From assembly GCF_018977255.1 (NCBI RefSeq), contig NW_024704743.1:107076001-107140000 (forward strand): a stretch of 64,000 nucleotides of DNA, written 5' to 3'. The DNA comes from Callorhinchus milii (taxonomy: Eukaryota). Each line of letters starts with the position of its first letter. Within the stretch, counting starts at the first letter, position 1. This document shows positions 23,053 to 35,800 of the stretch, piece after piece. Below the pieces are notes generated by a model that was given only the letters and a program-made list of their open reading frames with translations, was not told the origin of the DNA and ran no database searches. The position numbers and the translations under genes were made by a program.

Positions 23053-26000
23053 TGGGGAAGAAGGAAGAGTCGTCAACACGACTACGTTGTTTCGTGATGT
23101 GCATGGAAATCTTTTATTTGGGGGGTGGGGGGGGGAGAGGAGAGAAAAGATGTCTTCTCTTTCTCTCCCCCCCCCCACCTCCACCCCCCCTCCTCCTTAA
23201 CGTTGTTTATATAAATCACCAGCAACAGCGGGCGGGGCGAGGGGGTGGTGGTGCTGGAGAGGATCTCACTCCCCTCGGGGTTTTTGCGGGGGCCTGGGAG
23301 CGACGGGGCGGAAATTACACTGTGTTTGTGTTTGCATTGCTCACTTCCAGCCACGTCATGTGCACCACAAGAGTGCCGACTCTTTAGCCCACCTCTTTTC
23401 CAATGTGTTATAGATGTGTGTCTTGGAATATTTGGTTTAGAGGAGGCGAGAAAAATAAAGAGCATAGGAGGAAATGAGTGGAGTGATTCCCTCTTCCCCC
23501 CCCCCCCACACCATCCAGTTATTTTCCCCTTCTCATGGCCTCCTCTTTTGACTTGTGTTTTCTTTTTACCAGAGGGGATGGGTCTGTAGGATCCTTCCCA
23601 ATACCTCACCCAATGGTCATTCACATATGACTCATCATTGTGAGTTACACTAGTAAATTGACCACAGAGAGATGTTGCCCTCCGGAAGGATCACAGACGG
23701 ATAGCCTCGGTAGCGAGGAATCTTTACTTGCCTCACCCAGGACCCTGAAGCCAATTGTACTCACTCAATCAGCTAATGTAGTACATAACTGGAATTCAAT
23801 TTTGTAATTTCTACTTTGACCTAGTCAGAGAATGTTTGGAGCTAATTGTTGTTTTTCTAAGATGTTCACAGTGTAATTGTGTATGTACTCCAATCTGGAC
23901 AGTTCGTTCTCTCTCTGCAATCAGGGCTCTGCTCTCTCTTCCTTGTGACCTCTCTGTCGCTTTTGACGCTGTGGACCACTCCGTCCTGTACAATTGCTTC
24001 TGCCTCTTCACTCACCTCTGTGCATCTGCACTCTCCTGGCTCCAAGCCTACTTGACCCACTGTCTCCACCTCATCTCTGTTAACAGTTTCTCTTCCTAAT
24101 TCTCAGCAGCCTGAGTTGGTTGCTGACTTTTAGTCAGCCATGTGATTGAAACGCATCGCTATGATTATGAGTATCCAAACCAGATTTCCATGAAAACCAC
24201 CTCCACATCATGTCTTTGTTTACCTAAGTTCTCTGGTGTACAGTTCATGTGTCCGGGGGATTTGTTGGTTTTTAGGCTCTTGAGCCAATCTAAAATCACA
24301 GCCTCACTTATATTAAAGACCACAATCTCAAACAATGTTTAATGGATGTTGTTTAAAAAAAAGCCAATGCAGTTGTAGCCTCAATACGCAGCAAGATTGG
24401 AAATTTTGCAGCTATTGTTTTGATTGGTTTAATCCATTGCATTCCAAGAGATTAGCAAATGGCTTGGGAAAGCCTTGCATAGTTATTTGAGGAATTCTGT
24501 GTGATGTCTGAACTGGAGCATACTTATTAAGCTATAATGTTTATTTTTTTTCCTGTGCCTGCTTGTATTTCCCATTAGGACCAGAGCTTCACAATACAGA
24601 TAATTTCCTGACATGTGATGAGATGATTTCATTAGGAATGGGGAAGTTGTTTTTCACATCAGATTGAGGCTAGAGTGTTGTCACATTGAAAACATTTTGT
24701 CTTAAGAAATGTCTGTAACATGTTGATGAGTATTGTATCACGGTTGCATGGAAATCTGCTTTCTTATCATTAAAATCTGATTTACAATTATTTTTAGCTG
24801 TTAACTATATTGAATCATGACAATTCTAATCCATTTTTTTTAAAAGCTCTGTAAATATGGGTTACAATACTTTGGCTTGTATAGTAATGTAGTTTAGTTC
24901 ACCAAGAGGATGTCATGACCGGAAAGGGTCAGAGAACATGTGTTCCTGTTTATTTTAGCAGTATTCAGCCTGGGAGAAACAAAGCATTTACAGTAAAGCC
25001 CAAGTCATCGTCATCTAATTAAGAATTTGCAACTAGCAGGGATTGATGACTAAGCTAATTTTACAATTTATTATTTATATCAATCAATCCACCAATACTG
25101 ATTATGTAGGTTTTTCACTACCAAATCAATGGTTTCAAACAGCCAAGTAGCCGTTTTCAATTTTTCACAAAGTACTGTAGGTGAATGACTAGCTACTTAA
25201 ATCATCTAAATTTTAAATTGAATTATTTTTCTGGTTTCTATTAAAATGTCCGTTTTTTTAGGTTGCAGAATTGCAATAATATCTTGGGTATCAATTTTCC
25301 TGTGCCTTATTGCCTGACAGTTGTCACGTTTGTCATTTGCTTATTTGAGAAAACAGCATTTTATTTTTCCTTCCACTTTATGAATTTGGTTCAGTCTGCA
25401 ATATGAATTAAAATGTTCATTACAAACAGTAGCTACAATACAAAATTACATTTGGATAGTGCCTTTCACGTCGGAAGAATGTCACAAGGCGCTGGACAGT
25501 CAGGGATTTGTTTCAAACTGAAACAGAGTGCTGAGTACACTTGCCAAGAGGAAGGTTGAACGAATCTTAAAGGCATGATTCAGCATGTGAAAACCGTGTG
25601 AGGCAAAAATATCAACGAAAACAGATGGTTTACCGAATTGCTAGATTCCCAAATAAATTGAATTAAGACTCCTTTAAGTCATGCACAAGATGTGTAGTGC
25701 TTTCTGCAGTGGGTATGCATTGCAAAGTTGGTGGAATCTTAAATCAAAAACCATGACAGAAACTCACTTTATTGAAATTGCATAAGCAAAAAGTTCCTTC
25801 TGCAGCTTTCAATTTTGAGCCTATGAATGGACAACATCATGCATTCTTGGTGGGGAGCTGGTGGTTGATCTACATGGCTCAATAAAGGAACCTGGGGTTG
25901 TAGGTATATTCTCAACCCTGTGGTTTAAAAAAACAAAACAAATGCCGAGTGATCTGAGTTAGGCAAGTTGGATGGAATTTACTTGTGTATTGGTAAAATG

Positions 26001-26762
26001 GCATTTTTTCTATATTTAGGGAGAGTATAGGCCAACAGCTTTTAAATCAAATTTATTAATTTCAGTTAGTGAAGGCTCAAACCTATGCTTGTCAGATGTC
26101 AATTTACCACCTAGATACTATCCTCCTTGGGGGAAGATAAGCCGCTTCTCTTTGGAGCTTCTCTTTGGTAATCTAGTTCCTAAACCAGGTAAGTCTGCAG
26201 GACTCCAGGCTGATGTCAATCCAGTCTGATCGGCAGGAATTCGGTCAGCAGACCCACTGGGAGCATGGATTTTCCCCACTGTACTCTTCGTAAACATGGA
26301 AACCAAATCTATAATGGGTAAGGTGGTCCTAGTGGAAATTTGCCAGATAGTGCTGTCAAGCTTTGCTGTTTTAGTGATTAAACTCCCAACTCCAATGCAC
26401 ACTGTGGTCCCCAAGCATTGGCTCTTGCTAACCTGTACCTAACCATCTCTGGAATAAGATAAACAGGTACATCCTACTAGGGCATTTTACATTCCATTCT
26501 CGGTATGTGTATGAGGTATACGTGAAGCTCTGTCTGGTTTGGATACTCTTAAGCATAATGATGGTTTACTGCTTGTGTCAGACACTGTTGATTAAAATAA
26601 ATTCTGGTGAATTGCATGTTCAAAATGTGATTTAGACAAATGTAGATTTGCTTAGATGCGTATTAATACATTGTACTACAATGCTTTTATAAATAAGTAT
26701 ATATGAGGTACAAAATATTTAAGGAGTTTTTCTTTTTTCAAAGGTTTTACATTCGAGCAAAG

Positions 26763-26813
26763 ATGTCTTTGTACCCATCCTTAGAAGACCTCAAGGTAGA
26801 CAAGGTGATGCAG
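26763..26813 (+). CDS. SDCBP: SDCBP first coding exon (acceptor at 26744)
   Basis: [17 protein letters not shown]|gtgtgt. Confidence 0.95.
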
Positions 26814-29800
26814 GTGTGTATGAGGATATTATTTTTAATTTCAGTTAAAATGGCTTTATATAATAATAATCTTTGCATTTGTTGTAGCATTTTAACATGT
26901 CAAAATGCCTCAAAATGCTTCATATGACTTTATTGCAAAGTGCAGTAACCATTTGTAGACTGCCAGAAACTGGTTGAAGCAGAAAGCATCAATATGCTTA
27001 AAATTCCGACACAGACTAGTTGGGCTGAATGGCCTATTTTATACTGCAACGTTCTATGTAATGTGTGTGCAGCAAAGTCCAACAAATGGCCATGAAGTGA
27101 TTGAAAATAAAATAATAATAATTCTTGCATTTGATATAGCGCCTTATCATGTCTTCAAGACATCTCAAAGCGCTTCACAGAATATACTGTGAAGTGAATG
27201 ACTGTATATTTTATGGGAGAAACGCGGCAGCCTATTGTGCACAGCAGTGTTCCACAAATGGAAATGACCAATTTATTATTGTTTCTTACTTTGTGGCTTT
27301 GATCCGTGGAAAGCCTCAAATTGGTTTGGGTTTAAGGCAAGCGCAGAGTGCAAATTAGCGAGTTTAATCTCAAGAGGGGAAGTGGGGGGGTCTTGTTTCC
27401 AAGTCGGCAAGGGCACAAGTTGATGAATAAATACTCTTGTGCGGATACAGAACGATACGACTTTCATTTACATGCTTAATTCGCATTAGGAAGTGTCCAG
27501 GCGTTTTAACAGCTGCAATTACTCTGACAGCTGCTGGTAGTACTGGTACCCGATCATATTTATCTGAAGGATTTGGGGCCAGGACACCAGAAGAAACGTT
27601 TTTTTTATATCTCTTAATATCACCTGAACAGACACACAGGTTGTCTCATCCAAAGGACATTCCCTCCAAAAATGCAGTGCTTCCCCATGAATGCATTGGG
27701 CTGTCACCCTAGATTATGAACTCACAAGTCTCAATTTGGCGCTTGAATTGCAATGTACCTAATATATAGCACGGGTGCACAAATACCAAACCCAACATCT
27801 GGCACTTTTACCTAATCCTGTACAGTTTTCAAATGTCTTAATGCTCCAAATATAGTGTATTTGCTGCAAGTATAGATTGTGTTAGGCCACCCATAAGCCT
27901 TTTTTGTTTATCGGCAATGCAATCCATGATCAAAAGGAAATAATAATATTCCATTGGTTGGTGAGTCAGTAACAAGAGAGCACATATTTAAGATGCTTAG
28001 AAAAACGAATTAGAGTAGGTTAGGAAAAATATGTTTACAAAAAGCTTGTTTGGAATGTGGAATTCTCTGCCATAAACATTGATAAAGAGTTCATAGATTT
28101 TTTTTAAAAAAAAGGGTATTAAATACCTGAAAAGGGAAATGTTGAAGGACGTGGGATTAAAGCAGTAGAGTGGAATTAGATTAGGTTGCTCATGTAGAAA
28201 AGAACTTGAATGCAGGCTTGATCGGTCAAATAACCTGCTAGCATACTGTAACTTTTCATGATATCTTTTTAGTTAAATCCATTCATCCTAGATGTTACTC
28301 GGCTTGCATCAAGGCTGGTTAGTATATATTGTCATGAGTCAATTCACTTTACAATATATTCTGTGAAGCGCTTTGAGAGTCTTAATTTTTGCTATTAATT
28401 TTTGTATTGTATTCCAAATTAGACAACAATGCATCCGACAATGTTCCTTCCACTTATGGAATTAATTATGACTTATTGTAAATTTCTGCCTTTCATAATT
28501 TATTGTAGGTTTTAGCTTAGTATCATTTACAAACTGGGATATACATATCCCTGTTCTCATAAATGTACCTCTATTCCCACAACTCATATACTCGCCTCAA
28601 TTCCCACATCCCACATTTATTTATCTCATCAAAGATAGATGTGGTAGAGTTGCAATGTAAACATGCTGTAATGAAAGTCAATTAATAATTAAGTTATGAA
28701 GCCCAAACTATACATAAAAATGCAGCCCATTGAGATAGGGTTCATTGATGTACAAAGCTAAGATCTAAAACTGGTTGGGCTGGAGGGAAACCACTTTTAT
28801 CTGCTATCAGAATGGCAATCTGTCATTTTATTACGTCAGATATCTCATTTAACTTTGTTTCTCACTGAGCACAGAATGCTTCAGAAGAACTTGGCTTTCT
28901 AATTTAGAAATAAGTGCTAAATGCCCTGGATGGAAGCTCAAAAGAACTGAGGCTTCTTTGTCTATATAATTATGTGTGTCCTTTTTTCGTCCCCTCCTTC
29001 TCATACCCAGCAGTCCTGATTTTCTCATAATTTACCAACTTTCAGTCTTTTTTTCTACTCCTTGTGTTAATTTTGCTTTCTCATAATATTAGGCATAGTA
29101 ACACCCATGGGTAGTTACTTTAAGGTCAGACATTATTACTTCATTTTTAAAATCAATGTTATTAACGACTGAACAATTTTACGGTTCAGTTGATTTAAAG
29201 AGCATTATCTCAGTAATAAATTGTGTTGACTTGGACTTTCATTATAGCATTTGTTTACATTGTAACTGCCACAGTAGATTTTTGATGAGGTAAATATGTG
29301 CTGAACTTCCTCATAGATAGAAAATTGTTCTCAGGGAGGGCGAGGATAGATTTCTTACTTTGAATTCCCTCCATTGCCACACTCCTACCTCTGTGACGTC
29401 TAAACCCTACTGACCTGGTAGCTGCCTTTGCTGAATGAACTGCTTCATGTCCTCTGCCTTATCCACCATTATGGAATCCCTCAGACTCTCTCGCACACTA
29501 GATTAGACACCCTTTTTACTTGTTCTGTTCCATTCAAACTCCCAATTTTTCAAGTCCCCTGCATCATAACTATAAATCCTCATCCCTGGTATTGACCTTA
29601 CCAATGTAAAACTGCAACCTTTCCATGGATTTGACTTTTATTCCCTGTAATAAGGTGCCCAGAATTTCAATGAGTATTCATCCATAGTAATGAGTGTTCC
29701 ATATTCTCTTTAACTATGTCCTTTAAGATGCGTTTTGTATGTTAAAAAGTGAGATAATTAAGTAGGTATTTGTTGGAGGGAAGTAATCAAGGGATGGATC

Positions 29801-32800
29801 TGTCCTGACGTAATATAACAGCCAACTAGCTGGATTAACAGTGGGAAATTTACAAATTCTTAATCATGGAAAACGGTTTCTATGCATGCTAAAGAACCTG
29901 TCTGTTGTTTTCTATTTTAAAGGAAAAGTAACTGCAGATGAAAAGTTTAGTTTAATGCCTCAGTGCTGTTTCAGTCCTTAGCACAAATTCTGAAGAAGAT
30001 GGAAACTAGCTATCAAATGTACAGGGTGACCAAAAATGTCTTGATACCATTACAATGTCTAATAACTCTTAAAGAAATGATGATATGTTTTTTGTAGATA
30101 GTATAGTAGATATCACAGCGTTTTGGTCACCCTGTATTTTCAAATTAATTTAGGTCACTGTTTGCTGATCTGGAATAAAATCTGCTTCATGTAGTGAAAT
30201 TTTGAATATCAATTGAAGATTTTCTTAGGCCTTCCAGTGATACTCTTAGGAAAATGATCCCGTTCAAACTTTGGTATTTGTACAGTAGTGAGGAGCGGCC
30301 CCAGCCTTATTGATTTATATGTCTGGTGTTGTTTGTTATTTCCCTCAGCCTCAGCTGATTGTACAGCTGATCCAATCCGGCTTCCGTGCTGCCCACAACA
30401 TGGAAACAGCCCTGGTCAAAGTCACTAATGACATTCTGAACATCTGTGAGCAGGGCTCCCTCTCACTCCTTGTCCTCCTCGACCTCTCTGCCGCCTTCGA
30501 CACTGTCGACCACTCCATCCTCATACACCACCTCTCCGCTTTACTCAATCTTCACGGATCTGCCCTTGCCTCACCGTCTCCACTTTGTTGCCTCTAACGG
30601 TTTCTCCTCCAGCCTCCGTATTGTCACGTTTGGCATCCCCCAGGGCTCTGTCCTTGGCCCTCTTTTTAATATCTATATGCTCCCCTTTGGTGACATCATC
30701 CGCAGGCATGGGGTCAACTTCCACATGTATGCGGATGACACCCAACTCTATATTTCTGCCTCAACAACAACAACAAAATTACATTTGTAGAGTGCCTTTC
30801 ACGTCGGGAGGACGTTCCAAAGCGCTGCCTCCACTCTCAACTCCAGGACCACTGCTGTCCTGACAGACTGCCTGTCGAACATCAAGTCCTGGATGAGAGC
30901 AAATTTCCTACAGTTGAACATGAACAAGACTGAGGCCCTCCCGATTGGCTCGCGCCAGCGCCTCAGCATCTCAGGCTCTGGCAGCATCAACTTCCATGGT
31001 TGCACACTACAACTCACCAAACCAGTCAGGAACCCAGGTGTCTTGTTCGACCCTCAACTGTCTTTTCTTCCCCACATTCAAGCCATGAACCGCTCTGCCT
31101 TCCCTCAGCTCCATAACATCGCCCGACTCCGCCACTACCTCAACCCTCAAGTCTCTGAAACTCTTGTTCATGCCTTCACCACCTCCAGGCTCGACTATGC
31201 AAACGCCCTGCTTGTCGGACTTCCCAACTCCTCCCTCCACAGGCTGCAGATAATCCAGAACTCTGCAGCCCGTGCCCTCTCCCGCACCAAACTCCGTGAC
31301 CCCATCTCCCCCACTCTCACCCGACTCCCATTGGCTCCCTGTCCTTCAGAGGATCCAGTTCAGGATCCTGGTCCTCACATACAAAGCTCTCCATGGCCTC
31401 GCCCCACCCTACCTCTGCGACCTCCTAACCCCCTACCAACCCGCCCGTTCCCTCTGCTCAGCCGGCTCTGGCCTGCTCCAAGTCCCCCGACCCACCCGCC
31501 CCACCATTAGCGGGAGAGCCTTCAGCTACTCTGCCCCCAACCTCTGGAATTCCATTCCCCAGTCACTCCACCTCGCCCCATCCTTCAAGTCCCACCTCAA
31601 GACCCTTCTCTTCGACCATGTCATCGGCCACCCGCCTTCCCTCCCTTCTCCCCTCCCCCCTCCAACCCCAGCTCGGGTCTGAAATGGCCTTGGGACGTCC
31701 TCCCGACGTGAAAGGTGCTATACAAATGTAATCTTGTTGTTGATTGGCTAAGATGGTTTTGTTTGATAAATGTGAATCTACAGTTGCCTACATGTCTGTA
31801 TATTTTGTATTTAATCACATTGTCATTGCTTATTATATGGTTTATCAATTGTCTGTTTTTAGGCTCAATCAGAATTTGCTTCAAATTCTGCAGCTCTTGC
31901 TGCTTTACCTGAATCTACAGCTGCTGAGTCTTCAGGTAAATATTTTGGGGGGATGGTGGGAAGAGTTTGTAACATAAGTAGTACTACAACTGTAATGGTC
32001 AGTTGATGGCATATGCAAAAGAAATGGTAGCATATCTGACTGCATTTGCATTTCAGTAGTTCCATGAAAAAGGTGCACTTGTAACACCCTTCAAGAATAT
32101 CCAGTTCCATGTGAAGGTGCATTAAAATGCATGTGCATTAAGATATGAAACGAGTTTGCCCACATGTTCCTAGGTTCTGGCACTACCCTTGCATAGCTTT
32201 TTTAAAAAAACTGTACCAGTCTAGTGCCACCTATCAAAATCTTGAAATCCAAGGATTCAGAAAAAGCACTGGGATTGCATCGTCTGGTTCCACTCATCTA
32301 ATGTCTGTGCCCACTACACTGGTACCAGCCCAATATTGCACTGGTCCCTTCCATGTACCAATCTGGTACTACTTGGCTTTTTTTGTTTATTTTTACATCA
32401 TTCCTGAATTTGGGGTTCCTCAGGAGCAATGGTAATGTCTTAATCTCATTGCCTTTTTTACCGTTGCAACTTTCTGTAGAGCAAATGCATGTTACTTCCA
32501 CCCACTGCCATTTCAAACTTTATTAACAGATTGTTTAAGGCAGATTATATAAATTATTAGTAATTAAAGATCTTTTTACACATACTAGACTACTACATTT
32601 TCATAATGAACAAAGCTTTTTGCTGACCTTTTTTTCTTCACAGACCTTTATCCTCGCCTTTACCCCGAATTGTCTGAGTATATGGGGCTGAATCTGCACT
32701 CTACAGAGGTACAAAGGAACTTGGCTGTGGTTGGAACATCAGGAGTAAGTGATTGTATCCCCTGCTTCTTTATTTCACTACACAACTGACATTTGTTTCT

Positions 32801-35800
32801 CATGCTGTTTATGATATGGCAATTGACAGGAGCCAAACAAGTGAAAATGCACACATCTTGATTTTAAAGTAAGCTAGATCTGGAAATTCCCATTAATGTA
32901 TGCATATATCCAAGCAACAGGAATGTTCTGAATGTGGTTGTTTTTGCTGTCATGAGATCTGAATGGTGGATCTGAAATCCCTTGTCAAATGGAAAATTTT
33001 GTTTTACAATCTAACTGGGAGTTTTAATCCAACAGCAAACTGGTGGTAAATCATCTTCGAGTTTGATGATTGCACCGGTAACCGGAAATGATGTGGGACT
33101 CCGAAGAGCTGAAATCAAACATGGTATCCGGGAAGTCATTCTCTGCAAGGACCAGGATAGAAGAATTGGCATTCGCGTGAAATCTATTGATAATGTGAGT
33201 ACAATTGACTAGCCTGGGGTGAGCTGTTTCTGCTTTACAGCAGAAAACATGTAGAAACTGATTCTTATTTTAAAAGAAACCTTTCATTCCTATTAGCCAC
33301 AATACTAATAATGGAGCTACAATTAGGTTCTCATTTGGAACTGGGAAGGGCAGAAGCTAAGTCCATCCAATTGTATTCCACTGGACTACTTGCTGGATTT
33401 CACAATGAGCTGTAAATATGTGCAACCAGACCCTTGAGTGCCTGTAGCCCCGGAAATGTTTCCACATCAGAGTTGATGTTTTCACTCTGGTTTTCCATGG
33501 AGGTGAATAGAATACTTGTTCAAGTATAGATTGAATATGTTTCATGAGAGAAATTAGTTGAATAATATGACAGATGGATATTTAAATTAATCTGTTGAGA
33601 AATACTTTTATTTGATCCCATTATTTTTTCTGATATTAAAGTTATAGATAGTAATATGATACTTTTACTCTTCTGAAAAAAACATAACCAATGCATTATA
33701 TAATTGTATGAATTTTCCTATGACATTGTTTCTTTTGCCTATAGGGTATCTTTCTTCAGCTAGTTCAAGCGAACTCTCCAGCCTCTATGGCTGGTATGAG
33801 GTTTGGTGACCAGATTCTACAAATAAATGGTGAGAATTGTGCAGGCTGGAGCACTGACAAAACTCACCAGGTACTGAAAGATGCAAATGATGAAAAGATC
33901 ACAATTATTCTGCGCGACCGGTAAGAGTTTGTTTTGTTTCCCTCACTGTAACTTTATCATAAATTGGTACATGTTTGTTTTCCCACACAGGAAAGTAATA
34001 ACACAGGAGGGTGCTACATAAGTGCAAGGTTTTGTTGTTGTAATATCTGCTGAGTCATTGTGGGGAAGCGGAGGGCAGGGTTTGGTTTCATAATAATCCT
34101 TGCCTTCAATAATCCAAACTTCTTCATGTGCCAAAATGCTTCACAGGATTTTAAATCAATGTAGAGAGAACTCCAAATTGCAGTGTACAAGATGATCTTT
34201 TTCCATATAATCAGTAAATATCAACATTTAAAAAAATTAACTTCCTCTTTAGAAAACACTTGGAAACACTTATGAGTAAGAATGTCATTTGAAGCCTTCT
34301 TGGGAATTGAAATACACATGTTTTGCAGTGAATTAGTTGCCTGATTTATTAAACCTTTGATATTAACCTCAATGAATGTTATTATTTTGTACAGGCCTTT
34401 TCAACGTACAATCACTATGCATAAAGACAGCACAGGACACGTTGGCTTCATTTTCAAGAATGGAAAAATTATCTCAATCGTGAAAGACAGCTCAGCAGCC
34501 AGGAATGGGCTCCTGACCGACCACAGCATCTGTGAGATTAATGGTCAAAATGTCATTGGACTAAAGGTGAGAAGTTTTGGCATTTATTACTATCGAGATC
34601 TGGTCTGAAATTTCCAGCTAAGTGTAATTACAATGCCAATAATTACATTTACCAGTTTTTTTCGGGCTGGTACTGGCATTGTAGTTGTTTGAATCCTGTG
34701 TGCAGAAGGAGATAGTGAAGAAGCTATCCTCTACTTGTGGGGTTTAAACCAAGTTAAAGTCAATACTGTATCTCTGAAGGCCAGCAAGGATGCTAAAGCG
34801 GGGTGGTGGGGTGGGGGGCACTAGGAGAGTGGGTCGACATATATGTGTGCGGGCCTGTGGATTTTTTATTTTTAGGTCTGAATTCTGGGAGCCCGGGGGT
34901 TTCCTGTATAGTTTATTTTTGCTGGAAGTGGAGAATTGGAGGCACAAATGTTGCATTGTTCGATTTACATTTGCACAAATTTGTCTCAACTAAAATGTAT
35001 CTAAATAGTTTAGATGCACTTGTGCATCACAGTAGTATTCAGTAGAGCTTTAATAATTGACTTTCTATATAGAAACAAGTCAATACCTACAGAAGTGAAA
35101 GTAAATGGTGTAAATTGAATTGTACAAATATGAATTTTGTATTTCATATTAAATACTATTTATAACTAATATTTTTAAGATTTCCATTTTTTAAAAAAAT
35201 CATTGGTGTTCCAGATATTGTGTTTTTAAACCTGATCAATTGTTCAGCACTTTTCTATTTTCCAAACTCTGAGGAGATGCTGGATTTCTTTGAGTACAAA
35301 ATTGAGGGGATCTGATCAGCTACCTCCACCCTCCCAACTGCCGAACCCTACCCATCCCTCCCTCCACATTCTTGATCCTGTCTCCCTCACCTCCCTCATC
35401 ACCATCCAGGGATGCACTCCACCTCACCAAGCCAGTCAGGAACCTGGGCATCTTGTTTGACCCTCAACTGCCCTTTCTCCCCCACATCCATGCCATAACT
35501 CGCTATGCCTTCCCCCACCTCCACAACATTGGCCAACTCCGCCACCGCCTCAGGCCGCGAAATCCTCATACACCCGTTCGTCACGTCAAGGCTTGACTAT
35601 GGAAATGCCCCCTTGTCGGCCTCCACAAGCTGCAGATGATCCAGAACTCTGCAGCTCGCGTCATTACCCCCACCCTCGCCCGACTGCACTGGCTCCCCAT
35701 CCCTCAGAGGATAGAATTCAATATCCTTGTCCTCACTTTCAAGGCGCCCCACGGCCTTGCCCCTCCTACTCTGATCTGCTGACTCCCTATCAACCAGTCA

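Larger units (their letters stand above)
22460..23330. promoter_or_regulatory. CpG island / SDCBP promoter
   Basis: Dense CpG (gcgcgc, cgtcgtcgcc), G-run ~22547-22565 and CRE-like TGACGT ~22596, in an otherwise CpG-depleted window. Confidence 0.85.

Noticed and set aside
22298..23624. Overlapping 100-200 aa ORFs on both strands
   Set aside because: Expected in a GC-rich CpG island with few stop codons; low-complexity translations with no recognisable domain
32213..32326. Imperfect inverted repeat GTACCAGTCTAGTG / CACTACACTGGTAC
   Set aside because: Only ~13 of 14 bp, no clear TSD and no second copy; too weak to call a MITE
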